Source: Octopus vulgaris (lineage: Eukaryota). Taken from it: a stretch of 64,000 nucleotides of DNA. Shown here piece after piece: positions 1 to 14,436 of the stretch. The position numbers were made by a program, and so were the translations under genes. The stretch spans positions 77,686,001-77,750,000 of the forward strand of contig OX597825.1 in the NCBI GenBank assembly GCA_951406725.2. Direction: 5' to 3'. The notes under the pieces were generated by a model. The model was not told the origin of the DNA. It worked only from the letters and a program-made list of their open reading frames with translations, and did no database searches. Position 1 is the stretch's first letter. Each line of letters starts with the position of its first letter.

Positions 1-305
1 ATGTTAATGATAACGAACATGACGACTATGCTGGTGTAGATGATGATGATGATGATTACGAGCATTAGACCGAGGATTAAGATTATTTCCTCTCCAAGAT
101 CTCTTCCAGCTGAAGAAACTAAGTGGAGGGAAAAAAGTCAACAATTATTTTGAATGCCAACAAGAATAAACAGTTGGAAATATATTCGTAGTTCAAAGAA
201 ACCTTTGCAAATGCAGTGATATCTTTGATTGGTTCGGTGGCAGGATTCTTAGCATAATTAAATATCTTGCTTTTACCGCCATGAAAAAAAAAAACCAGCA
301 AAATA

Positions 306-336
<31 letters not shown>

Positions 337-420
337 ATGGATAAACGTTTCTATGACATATGAAAAGTGTGCAAAGAAATAAATTTAAAGAAATCTCGGT
401 TTGGCTCGTTTGTGGTCCTT

Positions 421-428
421 GATGATGG

Positions 429-462
<34 letters not shown>

Positions 463-553
463 GGTGCTGCTGATGACGATGATGATAATGATGATGAGGA
501 TGAGGAGACGGAAAATGGTGATGATTTTGATTATGATGATGATGATGAAACTC

Positions 554-591
<38 letters not shown>

Positions 592-755
592 CAAGATGAT
601 AATGTTTATGATGATAATAATGATGATGATGATGGTGATAATGAGGATGGTGAAGAAGGTGATGTTGATGATGATGACGATGATGATTATGATTATGATG
701 ATGATGACGTTGATGATAACGATGATGATGATGATGATGAAGATGTTGATGTTGG

Positions 756-811
<56 letters not shown>

Positions 812-830
812 GTGATGGTGATGGTGATGA
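421..830. repeat. Degenerate (GAT)n microsatellite
   Basis: Long GAT/GGT triplet run; gives poly-D/poly-M/poly-I ORFs in different frames. Confidence 0.95.
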
Positions 831-1202
831 TGGGTTCCGTGGTTTTTATCTCATCAATATGCGATGTGATTAGTTCCGATCGAAGTACAATGCCAATTAT
901 TTTGAAATTATTGTTTGAAATTTCATATTTTTATTTTTTGAAAAAAAAATGAACAAAAACAATTTCTTTTTCTTTTAAATTGGTCTTTCTCAGATGTCAA
1001 AATAAAAAAAAAATTAATTTCAAAAAATAAAAAATATAACTATAAATAAAAAGAAACATGTTACAAACCTTTCCCCCTTCCCAGCAAAGACCACCACCGT
1101 CAAAAATAAAATAATTTGTTTTAACTTTGGTAACATCGAAAGATTGCGGTAAGAATAATTGTTTTCAAGTTCTGTTTTGCCTTTTCGTCTTAGGCTTTTG
1201 AT

Positions 1203-1204
1203 AC

Positions 1205-1270
<66 letters not shown>

Positions 1271-1274
1271 TACA

Positions 1275-1345
<71 letters not shown>

Positions 1346-1351
1346 TACTAC

Positions 1352-1394
<43 letters not shown>

Positions 1395-1636
1395 CCCACC
1401 CCACAAATCTCAGGCCTTGTGCCTATAATAGAAAGGTTTCTTCCTTTTCTTCTTCTTCTTCTTCTTCTTCTTATTATTATTATTATTATTATTATTGTTA
1501 TTATTATTATTATTATTATTGTCATTATTCTTATTCTTCTTCTTATTGTTGTTGTTGTTATTACTATTATTATTATTATTATCATTATTATTATTATTGT
1601 TGTTGTTGATATTATTATTATTATTACTATTATTAT
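1203..1636. repeat. (ATT)n/(CTT)n microsatellite with an embedded SINE-C tail fragment (1393-1440)
   Basis: Triplet runs; 'caggccttgtgcctataatagaaagg' matches the family C 3' end. Confidence 0.9.
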
Positions 1637-1790
1637 CAGCTCAAATTCTGCCGAGATCGACTTTGCCTTTCATCCTTTCGCTGGTCGATAAATTAAGTAC
1701 CAGCGAAACAATGAGGTCAATGTAATCGACTAGCCCCCTCCTCACAAATTGCAGGCTTTGTGCCTGTAGTAGAAAGGATTATTATTATTT
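1637..1790 (+). mobile_element. SINE family C, 5'-truncated
   Basis: tcaaattctgccgagatcgactttgcctttcatcctttcg...aattaagtaccag...gtaatcgact...ggctttgtgcctgtagtagaaagg(att)n; matches copies at 46936 and 55850. Confidence 0.85.
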
Positions 1791-2636
1791 TTTTCTTATT
1801 GGTGCTGCTGTTGTTGTTGTTGCTAGTTTGTATTGAAACTATTTGAGATCTCTGGACGCGTCAAAAAACAATGACAATTGTGTGGGAAAAAATTGCTAAT
1901 TTGTGCGTATTAGTCACTTTGTAATGGCTTTGTTTTCCTTTAGTGTATCTGTACGTGTATGTCACGCATATGTATGAGTGTGTGAGAGTTTGTGATCATG
2001 CGGAATACAAAACGTATTTGTATCTATGTTTCCTAGAGAACATTTTTTTTCCTTCTTTGACTCCCTTTCATGCCCCACCCCACGCCGCCACAATTTCATT
2101 GCAGTTCGTTTCTTTCGTTTCATAACAAAGAAAATAAAGAAATCTAAGAAGAGCCTCGCAGTGTTCTTCGTAAGCGTATTCTTGCAAAGAAAAGATGAAG
2201 ATAAATAAATAAAAAAAAAAAAAATTAACTCTTTGTTTACTGCTCTCGTAATTGTTATTACACTCTGTGAGAATTTGTGAGAATGGATACCGAATTAATT
2301 ACAAGAATTCTGTGAAGAATTACCAATGCACAACCTCGCATAATCACCCATATCGATTACGGCCATATTTGGTAATTATAGTTCGCTTTGGTGTTATATA
2401 TTTATTATATATTTTAGTGTATTCATTTTATTTTAGTTTATGTTTTTCATATTGTAATTTCTTTTTATATTCCGTTCTTGGAGCCATTACGCATCCTTGG
2501 AGAATTTTATAATAGTACCGCAGTTATTTTATATGTATTCATTTTCTGGTAATTTTTGCTGCTTTGTTTTACGGATCAGGGCAACAAATATACACGTAAT
2601 ATATACACATATATACACATGCATATATATATATAT

Positions 2637-2715
<79 letters not shown>

Positions 2716-3118
2716 GGCGCAGGAGTGGCTAGCTTACCAACCACATGGTTCCGGGTTCAGTCCCACTGCGTGGCACGTTTGGCATGTGTCTTCTACTATA
2801 GCCTCGGGCCGACCAAAGCCTTGTGAGTGGATTTGGTAGACGGAAACTGAAAGAAGCCCGTCGTAGATATATGTGTATATATATATATATGTATGTGTGC
2901 ATATATGTTTGTGTGTCTGTGTTTGTCCCCCACCCCGCCAACCATCGCTCGACAACCGATGCTGGTGTGTTTACGTTCCCGTAACTTAGCAGTTCAGCAA
3001 AAAGAGACCGAGAGAATAAGTACTAGGCTTACAAAGAATAAGTCCAGGGATCGATTTGCTCGACTAAAGGCGGTGCTCCAGTATGGCCGCAGTCAAATGA
3101 CTGAAACATGTAAAAGAG
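2716..3118 (+). mobile_element. tRNA-derived SINE family A (A-box region deleted)
   Basis: ggcgcaggagtggct...gggttcagtcccactgcgtggca...cgactaaaggcggtgctccagtatggccgcagtcaaatgactgaaac; high identity to the copy at 43591. Confidence 0.92.
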
Positions 3119-3157
3119 AATATATACACGTGCATGCATATATGTGTGCGCGCGCGC

Positions 3158-3193
<36 letters not shown>

Positions 3194-3423
3194 TACAAGC
3201 AGTTAGAAAGTTAATATTTGTTTCGCGCCTTCTATGGACTATTCATGTCCGACTAGTCGTCAGCCTTGCCAAATCTCTAATTTTAATAGGTAAGAAGAAA
3301 ATAGTAACTTTGTGCTAGTTTTTTCCATAACTACAAATATACTACTTGATAGCATAAAAGTACAACCGCTTTAATTATCTTTTGGAGTGTACTTTTTTCT
3401 TTTCTGATACATGGACAACTGAC

Positions 3424-3835
<412 letters not shown>

Positions 3836-3837
3836 TA

Positions 3838-4015
3838 TGTTTCGTTATTAGCCACACAGGGCTGCACACAGAGAGGACAAATTACAAGGTAGAGCTTTTC
3901 TTTTGGGGGTAAAAAAAGGGGGTTTGGTTTTCGATCAAAAGGGATCGTAAAGGGAAAGAAAGAGGACAAAAAAAGGGGGGAATAAAATTTTAAAAAAAAA
4001 AAAGAAATGGAAAAA
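3838..4015 (-). mobile_element. Retroelement 3' end whose terminus resembles the SINE-C2 tail
   Basis: Minus strand ends ttgtcctctctgtgtgcagccctgtgtggctaataacgaaa, similar to ttgtcccctctatgtttagccccttgtgggtaataaagaaa at 56039-56079. Confidence 0.5.
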
Positions 4016-4017
4016 AA

Positions 4018-4077
<60 letters not shown>

Positions 4078-4644
4078 GTAAACATTGAGGCGACAAGGGA
4101 GATAGAATTTTTGAAATTAAGGAAATCTCGAACGGCAGCATGCTGCAACAGCAAAGCGATCTGCATGCCTCAAACACTGGCTGAGTGCTCAGTACCATTG
4201 AGTTAAATGAAACCTGACAACAGATACTGTCTTTAATGTGTGCATGTATACACACACACACACACACTGACGCACACGCACTGACACACTGACGCACACG
4301 CATACACAAACGCGCGACAACAGTGAACTAAGATAAATAACTTTGTGTCCAGAGACACTAATTTGAAACGATGATGGATAATAATAGGGTAAATGCCATT
4401 CAGAATGACATCTTGATCTATTGAAAGAATGCTCCCTTCGAAAGAATGTAAACAATAGCCTAATGGCACTAACTGCACATGAGAAGGTGGGGGTATTTCC
4501 AAACAACCAATAATTCTCCAAAATTCATTAGTTATGAATTAAAATGCAATGTTTTTTTTTACTATAAGACATTTCTGGTTATTATCATCATCATCATCAT
4601 CATTATTAAGACATCGATGTTGTAGAATCTCTATGGACGAATCT

Positions 4645-4814
4645 GTAGAAATATGCCTAGCGGTATTTCTTCCTGTTATTTTCGTTCCAAGTTCAAATTC
4701 CGCCGAAGTCAACATTACTTTTCATCCTTCTGGTGTCGACAAAATGAAGTACCAATCTATTGAAACAGTTGGCCCTCCTTTCCTAAAAGCTACTGGCCTT
4801 GTGCCAAAATTAGA

Positions 4815-4817
<3 letters not shown>
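4645..4817 (+). mobile_element. SINE family C, diverged
   Basis: agttcaaattccgccgaagtcaac...ttcatccttc...ggccttgtgccaaaattagaaa followed by (AAT)n. Confidence 0.75.
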
Positions 4818-4885
<68 letters not shown>

Positions 4886-4901
4886 TAATAATAATAATAA
4901 T

Positions 4902-5447
4902 GCAGTACCAGGCAGTGGCTCTCATGGCTTCTGATCTTAACTGATTGGAAGTGTTATCATGTACATTGTTTTGTCTTGGTATAAAAGATGGGCTACAGCA
5001 AATATTCTGCTCAATACCACAGATTTGCTTGTCAGTTGTTTGACCTTAACCAGTTGAGCATGTCCCTTAGTGGCTGACGATATGTGCATCTCTGATCACG
5101 AGCAGAAGTAGTGGGGGAGCATCATAGCCATGTGTTGAGAAGGATTCTTTGGGGTTTGAATAATTCACCTCTGGAAACATGGGTGTTTCGTTCAACGTCC
5201 TTAAACAACCCTTATTCAGGGACCTTTTGAGCGGGATGGGTTACTCGATCTGAAGAAAATTCTAACTGGGCTCCACCTGCAAGGTCATGTGCTGTTTATC
5301 TTGATATGAGATCACCATGTCGCGCACATATGGTTGTGATGCATGTGCCTGGTGTACCCTTATCAGACGGGTAGTCATGATGGGTATACTGGGCTTCGTA
5401 TATTTTACCCCAGTGTCACTTTGATGGCATGCTCTGCTCGCTCACTC
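4902..5447 (+). mobile_element. ~550-bp non-coding interspersed element E with an (AAT)n tail
   Basis: Colinear with 13397-13919, with the same 5' start (taccaggcagtggctc) and 3' end (ctc-aataat); flanked by (AAT)n on both sides. Confidence 0.85.
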
Positions 5448-5597
<150 letters not shown>

Positions 5598-5805
5598 CAT
5601 ATACATTCATATTTAAGTGCTTGTATATATGTTGGTAACTATGTATTTATATACACACATACATATCGAGATATACGGAAATACATATAGGCATACACAC
5701 ATACTAACACACAGACACACATACTTACATATATATATATATGCGCATAAATACGTATATATACATACATATATATGTGTGTATAGATATGTATGCATAT
5801 GTGTA

Positions 5806-5864
<59 letters not shown>

Positions 5865-6371
5865 GTGCGTATATATTTGTATGTATATATACAACATACA
5901 TATATACACACTTATATATAATATAGACAGATAGCACGTTGTAAAATGATACTGTATTTGTGTATTATTCAGAACTAGAAGCCATTACAAGTTTATTGAG
6001 AAGACATGCTTAATTAATAATGTAAATTATCATTTGTTATCTAAAAAGAGAAAAAAAAGGAGCATGAACGAAAAAGCTTCGAGTTATGCAAATTAAAATA
6101 ATCACAATGTGAAAATATCAAAAGATATATGTCATTGATTAATTCAGTAAATAAATCTGATCGATGAATTGATCGAATATACAAGTTAGAATAAATCAGT
6201 AACAATAACAACAAAAACAATAATAACAAGAACAATAAGGAAACGTAAGTACAAACAAACAAAAACAACAACAACATGGAACGTGTCTTGGTTCAGAACT
6301 TGATATGATGATGTTACACGAATGTATTGGTCTCCACTTGATTAAGCACACACAGTCTCTGTATTGTGGAC

Positions 6372-6441
<70 letters not shown>

Positions 6442-6704
6442 CATATACATATATATATATATAATATATATATATATACATATATATATATACATATATA
6501 TATACACACACACATATATATATGTATGTATGTATGTTTGTATGCATGTATGCATGTATGTATGTATAGATAGATAGATGCATATGTATATATTGATAGA
6601 TACACAAATGAATATATATCTGTAGATTTATGCACATACATATATATTTATTACATATATATATATATATATGCGTGTGTGTGTATATATATGTATGCTT
6701 GTAC

Positions 6705-6740
<36 letters not shown>

Positions 6741-7240
6741 GTATGTATATGCATACATACATACATGCATACACAATGCTTTACTTTTGTATGAAAAATA
6801 AAAATACAAACGAACCACAACAAAAATCACAGAAATATGTAGAAATTCTAAGCGTTATATCTTCGTATCTTCGGCAGGAATCTTGGTGAAAACCAAACAT
6901 ATTTCAGTGTTAGCTGCTGACACATAAAGTGGGTGGCAAAGTCTTAGCAACACAAGACATGTTATCTTACAATACAATGCGCATACGAACGACCCTGTAT
7001 GCTGTAAACCATCTTAGTTTCGGGCTGAACGCTTACTGTTCTATGTTTGATTAAATTCTGAGGAAAGCTGTTAGAATTAATTCATATCGATGTATCTCAT
7101 ACTGTTGATAGTGAACCCATCGAATATGTTACATCACAAGTAGGAGTTCTCTTGTGGCACTGAATTAATCTTCAATGGCTTTACATATTGCAGCAAAATC
7201 GCAGTTTACATTTTTCGCAGTTTTGCTTTAATAATAGTAT

Positions 7241-7347
7241 GAAGGTCGACGCTGCCCCCACTCAAATGGATTCAATAACGTAAGAACGGACGAAATACTG
7301 CAAAGCATTTCGCCCTTCGCGATATCGATTCTGACACCCCGCCGCCT
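7241..7347 (-). mobile_element. SINE family C head, diverged
   Basis: acgtaagaacggacgaaatactgcaaagcatttcgccc...cgattctgacaccccgccgcct is the reverse complement of the family C 5' end. Confidence 0.65.
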
Positions 7348-8197
7348 AAATATTTTTTTAACTACTCCTATACAAGTTATTAAAGAGTAGTTTTAAAAAA
7401 TAATTTGAGATAAAAGCTATCGAAGGTTCGCCTTTAATTTTGTGGCTCGATGTGTTAAATATAGCAGTTAAATATCTTACAAATCACAATGCCGAAGGAA
7501 AAGGCATTGGATAACATAGTCCGCACAGCTGGAACGTAATTTATCACGTGACATTTCGATCAGGATTAAGAGGATATCCTAGGGTTAAACCACATCAGCA
7601 ACAATAATTTTGAATTATCTCAGACAAAGAAATCCAAGAACTCTCGACTCAAAATCTATAAACTGCATTGTATCATTGCGCCCCCTACAGGAACAAGCTA
7701 AATTAACCATAAAGGGTTCCAGTTATCCGTAAAAACCCCAAAAGTCTAATGAAAAGATTTGTGACAAATGCAATCCCGGTTTATTAGTTCCAAAGATTTG
7801 TTGATTTCGGTAGCAAGCACCTTTTTACATGTGTTGTTTGTGCGCGCGCATGAGTGCTGCTGCTGCTGTTGTTGTTGCTGTTGTTGTTGACGCTGCTGAA
7901 GGCAATTATAATCGTTGGGAAGGCTTCGATACAAAAGGCTTATCGCAAAAAGCATCTTCAATGACCATGAAAATTCCATTGATTTCCAGCAGCTTCTTAT
8001 GTCTCACTTGCATATTGTTTTCGAATGCGAAAATACGAAGATGAGCAAATACGATATAAGAAATTAAATATTGTTAGAATTCTGGCCTATTTACAGCCGA
8101 AATACTATTTCAAGTGATATTGATTTTAACTAATATATATCTATAATTAAAAACACACACACACATACATATAATATATATATATGTGCGTGTGCAA

Positions 8198-8342
8198 AAA
8201 CTGTCCGACGAAATGGAACGTGAAACTCAGAGTAACAGGTTTTGTCGAATTTTCTGCTGCTTTAAATAAAGCATATTACTCTACCACTGGTATTTGAGTA
8301 CTCTTTTATCCACCTTGTTTCACATTTATGTGTTTACTCCGG
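8198..8342 (+). mobile_element. Penelope-pLTR/retrozyme-like fragment with a hammerhead-like motif (8201-8238)
   Basis: CTGT-CCGACGA-..-GAAA-CTCAGAG-TA-ACAG, then AATAAA; ends in (TA)n; a short related fragment lies at ~61137-61171. Confidence 0.6.
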
Positions 8343-8370
<28 letters not shown>

Positions 8371-8373
<3 letters not shown>

Positions 8374-8738
8374 TGCGGTGAATAAACTGTCGTCTAGATT
8401 ACGCAAAAATGAAAATAACACTGACATCTCATTTTAACAGATATATTTACTAAAATTACATAAATTACGTAAATTTATTCAATTAAGAACCAGCTGCATA
8501 CTGAGGTCGATCTAATCGACTGACCCCTTGCCCAACGGCGGTGTATCAGCATGGAAGCAGCTCTGAGCTGAAACTAAAGAGAAAATAAAATAAAATAAAA
8601 TAAAATCGCCATTGGCTTCCGTCACAGCCTCCAGACGACTTCAGAATCTCTTGCAACTCTTTTGGCCGGTCTCCTTGTGTAAGTTGGTGAATGTTGCCAT
8701 AATCTTTGCCTTCAGTTCATCTTTGGTGTTACAAGGAG
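8371..8738 (-). mobile_element. Tc1/mariner transposon 3' remnant (transposase C-terminus plus TIR), interrupted by a SINE fragment
   Basis: Minus strand reads PCNTKDELKAKIMATFTNLHKET../SCKRF*SRLEAVTEANGDFI|E*, a typical Tc1/mariner C-terminus; ends at a TA run. Confidence 0.75.
8483..8605 (+). mobile_element. Chimeric SINE fragment (family C core plus GGCGGTG..CAGCATGG..CTGAAAC tail and (TAAAA)n)
   Basis: ttaagaaccagctgcatactgaggtcgatctaatcgact...ggcggtgtatcagcatggaagcagctctgagctgaaactaaag-aaaataaaataaaa. Confidence 0.7.
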
Positions 8739-8744
8739 TATGCA

Positions 8745-9265
8745 AAATTATCATAGGCAATAAAGAACGCTGATGAGACTTAAATGCAATGTACAAGTGG
8801 GTTGAAGAAGGCAGCATGCCGTTTAATGCTAGAAAATGTCAAACACAGTACTATCGGGTGGCTAATGCACCACAGCCTACGTGTTCAGGACCTGAAGGCT
8901 CTGCAATTCCAGATTCACAAACAGTGAGAGACTCAGGGATCTATTTTTGCAATGATTCTTCATTTTATTTGCACCGAAATGGCATCAAAATACAGACAAA
9001 TGGCAGGATGGTCACTAAGGTACTTCAGGGCAATGAAACCGAGGGTCATGTTGAGGAAGACCTTTCTTCTCAGCCACGGGATTATTGCACTCACATCTGT
9101 GGCCACCTCATTGTGACAAACTAATGGTAGAGCTTGAAGTGGCCCAATACAGCTATTCTAAAACGTTTGTCGTAGTACAACAGATGAACTGCTGGTAGAT
9201 GCTGAAAAATTACGACTTTAATCCCAGGAGTGAGTGTGTTTGAGATATGTAATAATTTACACGTA
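8745..9265 (+). pseudogene. Decayed CR1/Jockey-group LINE reverse transcriptase C-terminal fragment
   Basis: DLNAMYKW..SMPFNARKCQ..G.AI....VRDSGI...D.SF.LH..DYC matches the post-YADD region of CR1-like ORF2; frameshifted. Confidence 0.7.
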
Positions 9266-9314
9266 GAAAAGACACTTGTCCAAGGTGCCATGCGAATATA
9301 TTTTTTATATATGC

Positions 9315-9348
<34 letters not shown>

Positions 9349-9349
9349 T

Positions 9350-9598
9350 TCCTTACTAACGACACACAAATAAGTAAGAAGAAAGCAAAGGACCACTGAT
9401 GAGGTCACAGAAGCGGTACGAAAAAACTCTGGCCGAAATGCGATTAATGTAAAAAATAAAATAAAGCTGAAGCAAGTGAACACCAAATATATAGTGCGTG
9501 TGTTTTTATTGGCTAAACAGGCAACATGACCATTCCTAAATACAACAATATCTGTTTCAACACAGGATTTCACATCAAGAATCTTGCAAAACGAATAC
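9350..9598 (+). mobile_element. Interspersed repeat family D
   Basis: Colinear with 3424-3708; CTGATGA-GGTCA...TGGCC-GAAA at 9396-9438; flanked by TA runs. Confidence 0.65.
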
Positions 9599-9824
9599 AT
9601 ACATATATATATATATACACACACATATGGGCATAGATCCGTATATGTGTATGCATATGTTAAGTTGTTCGTGTGTCTACAGGTCCAGGTTATATCTATG
9701 CGTTTTATATGCGATCGAGTTAATTGTTGCTAGTTTTTCTATTATTATTCTCTTCATCACATTATTCTCCTTATTTCTAATAACAAATGCATCTTATTGG
9801 CAAGTATTCGCTGGTCTGCTAGTG

Positions 9825-10090
9825 GTTTTGCTGTTGTTGCTATTGTTGTAGTTGTTGTTGTTGTTGTTGTTGTTGTTGCAGCAGCTATTATTGCCGTTGC
9901 TGCTGCTCTCATTGGTAATGCTGCTGCTGTGGCTGCTACTACTACTGCTGCTGTTTATACAGTTGCCGTTTATATGGTTCGTTTTTGTTGTTGTAGTTGA
10001 TGTTGTTGTTATCATTTTGTTTGTTATTTTTATTTTGCTTGCTTTCATCCTCCATATTGTTATATTATTTTTTGCTCCTGCTGTTGTTGT

Positions 10091-10122
<32 letters not shown>

Positions 10123-10450
10123 TCAACAACGACAACGACGAGGACGATAATGCTGGCGACGGCGACGAGGAGAAGGACGATGATGCTGATGCTGATGATG
10201 CGGATCAAGAGAATAGCCACCATTACGATGACGACCATAATGATGATGAAGTTCATGATGATGTTGATGATGATGATGATGATGATGATGATGACGATGG
10301 CGAAGATGACGGCAACGACTAGGATTACGATGATAAAGATGAATCCTGAGGATGATGATGATGATGAGGAGGAGGAGAATGATGATAATAATGATATCGG
10401 TAACGATGGCGACCATAATGATGATACTGATGATGATGATGATGATGATA

Positions 10451-10481
<31 letters not shown>

Positions 10482-10558
10482 CGATGACGACGATGATGAT
10501 GATGATGATGATGACATCAGTAACGATGGCGACGATAATGATGATACTGATGATGATA

Positions 10559-10620
<62 letters not shown>

Positions 10621-10865
10621 AATGATGACGATGACGATGACGACAATGATGATGATGATGATGATGATATCGGTAACGATGGCGACGATAATGATGATAC
10701 TGATGATGATAATGATGATAATGATGATGATGATGATGATGATGATATCGGTAAAGATGGCGACGATAATGATGGTACTGATGACTATGATGATGATGAT
10801 ACTGATGGTGATGATGATAATGATGATGAGAAGGAGGAAGAGGAGGAGGCAGGAGGAGGAGGAGG
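9825..10865. repeat. (GTT/GCT)n and (GAT)n low-complexity tract with a higher-order unit
   Basis: Unit ATCGGTAACGATGGCGACGATAATGATGATACTGAT recurs four times between 10395 and 10785. Confidence 0.9.
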
Positions 10866-11214
10866 TTGATATTTGATGTGTTTGTTATTGCCATTGCTCA
10901 AGTTCTAATTGCTGTTTTTATCCGCTTTGTTTTTGCATTTTTGTTTTGCTGTAATGTTGTTGCTTCTACTGTTGCTGTTGTGTCGTTGTTGCCGTTGTTG
11001 TTGTTGTTGTTGTTACTCTTATAGTTTTCCTTGCACTTATTTTTGTTGTTGTTGTTGCTGCTGTTACACTTGCCTTCCTCTCTTCGACTCAGTACATCAG
11101 AATTATTAAATATTTATTTCTACATTCATGGCTTATTTTGGCCCAATTCTACTTAAATAATCACTTTAATTGTATCTATTGACAATTTCATTTTTTTTCT
11201 TGTTTCTCTATGTT

Positions 11215-12592
<1,378 letters not shown>

Positions 12593-13015
12593 TGTATGTC
12601 TCTTGGCTTATTTATCCTCATCGTTCATTACTTTTTAAAAGAACATTTAAAGGTCGCTTGCGCAGTTTATTAAAACCTAATCTCAGCAGCTTTCATCCCT
12701 CTCCTGCGAATTTAATATTTTCTCATTTGTGTCACACATTTAATAGCAATGTATTTCCTCTTGTCTCGATAAAGCTTTTTGCACCAAATTTATTTTAAAA
12801 TTGTCAGCCATTTAGTGTCGTTAATGGACGCCTGCAAATTGTTACGAGAAGGGATTTTGGTACTTACGTCATTTATTTTCATTCTTGGCTTCCTGATTTA
12901 CCTACAAAGGGGCAAAGGGGTGGACGGCACTTTCTCTACCACCCGTTTAAATTAGAAACCAACATTAATTTTCTCGCTCTCTAGCTTTTTCTTACTGCTG
13001 TTAATTTACAAGAAA

Positions 13016-13396
13016 AGGCAGCGAGTTGGCACAATGGTTAGTGCGTCTAGCATAATACGTCAAACTTTACGTTCAAATACCGCTGTGGTCGACTTTAGCT
13101 TTCATCCTCGCGGGATCGATAAAATAACTACCAGTTGAACATTGGGGTCGACGTAATCGACTTACTCTCTGCTCCTGCGTTGGCATTGAGCCAAAATTTG
13201 AAATCAGTAATATATAAAACAGGCGGCGGGCTTACATAATCTTTAACATGCCAGGCAAAATGCTAAGCGGCATTTCACGTATTGTCCTTAGTGCTCAACT
13301 GGGACTTATTTTATCGACAACAAGAGGAAGAAAGCAAAATTGACTTCGGTGGAATTCCAACTCAGAACGTAAAAATGGGCGAAATACGGCAAAACA
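13016..13396. mobile_element. SINE family C cluster (+ copy 13016-13210, + head 13221-13283, - fragment 13290-13396)
   Basis: ggcagcgagttggcacaatggttag...gttcaaatac...ggtcgacttt...ggggtcgacgtaatcgactt. Confidence 0.75.
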
Positions 13397-13919
13397 TACC
13401 AGGCAGTGGCTCGCATGGCTTATGACCTTAACTGTAAATATTTTACTCAATACCACAGATTTGCTTGTCAGTTGCATGACCATAACCAGTTAAGTACAAC
13501 CCTCAGTGACCCTCAGTGGCTGACGATATGTGCATCTCTGATCATGAAGAAGAGTAGAAGTAGGTGGGCCTCGTATATTTGTGCCCCAATGTCACTTTGA
13601 TCATTGCTATGTGTTGAGGGGAGTTGTTTCGGTTTTGAATAATTCACCCCTGGAAACATGGGTATCTCGTTCATCATACTTAAACAACACTTATCTAGAG
13701 ACCTTTCGAGCAAGATGTGCTACTCCATCTGAATCGTATTCTAACTGGGACCCCAACACCTGTGCTCTTTATCTTGATATGAAGCCATCATGTTGCACAC
13801 ATGTTTGTGATGCATGTGCCTGGTGTATTCTTATCAGACGAGAAGTCATGTTGGGTATGTTGGGGTTCGTATATTTGTGCCCCAGTGTCACTTTGATGGT
13901 GTATGCTGGTTTCTCGCTC
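13397..13919 (+). mobile_element. Element E, second and more diverged copy, with (AAT)n tail to 13988
   Basis: Colinear with 4902-5447. Confidence 0.85.
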
Positions 13920-13988
<69 letters not shown>

Positions 13989-14306
13989 CACGTATGTTCC
14001 CGTTGTTAGACGCCGCACGAGGGTTCTGCAATTTCTTGCTGAACAACCACACAAATTATTTGTTTTTACCGATCAAATGTTTGTGTGAAAATAAGTTCAC
14101 TCTCTTTATCCAATCGACATTATCTGCAAAGGTGCATGACGCATCCTTTGTCAGAAGACGAAATTATTGCAGAGCACCGTAAGATCAAATGGTTTGCTCA
14201 AGAACATAACGCATTACCCAGTCTAGGAATTCCAACAACGATCTCGCGATTTTGAGTGCAACGCCCAAACCATAGTAACAGCAACAACAGTAACAACAAC
14301 AACAGC

Positions 14307-14367
<61 letters not shown>

Positions 14368-14372
14368 GCAAC

Positions 14373-14435
<63 letters not shown>

Positions 14436-14436
<1 letters not shown>

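Noticed and set aside
119-301. 60-aa minus-strand ORF in unique sequence
   Set aside because: No recognisable motif or convincing splice sites; cannot be supported
367-952. Asp-rich and Met-rich ORFs (also 9852-10876, 38196-38606)
   Set aside because: Translations of (GAT)n, open in several frames and on both strands; no domain or splice support
10420-10810. CTGATGA matches within GAT repeats, and isolated CTGANGA at 110, 5074, 5250, 8770, 15422, 41140, 42761 and 52219
   Set aside because: No stem II plus GAAA plus UH arrangement; chance matches
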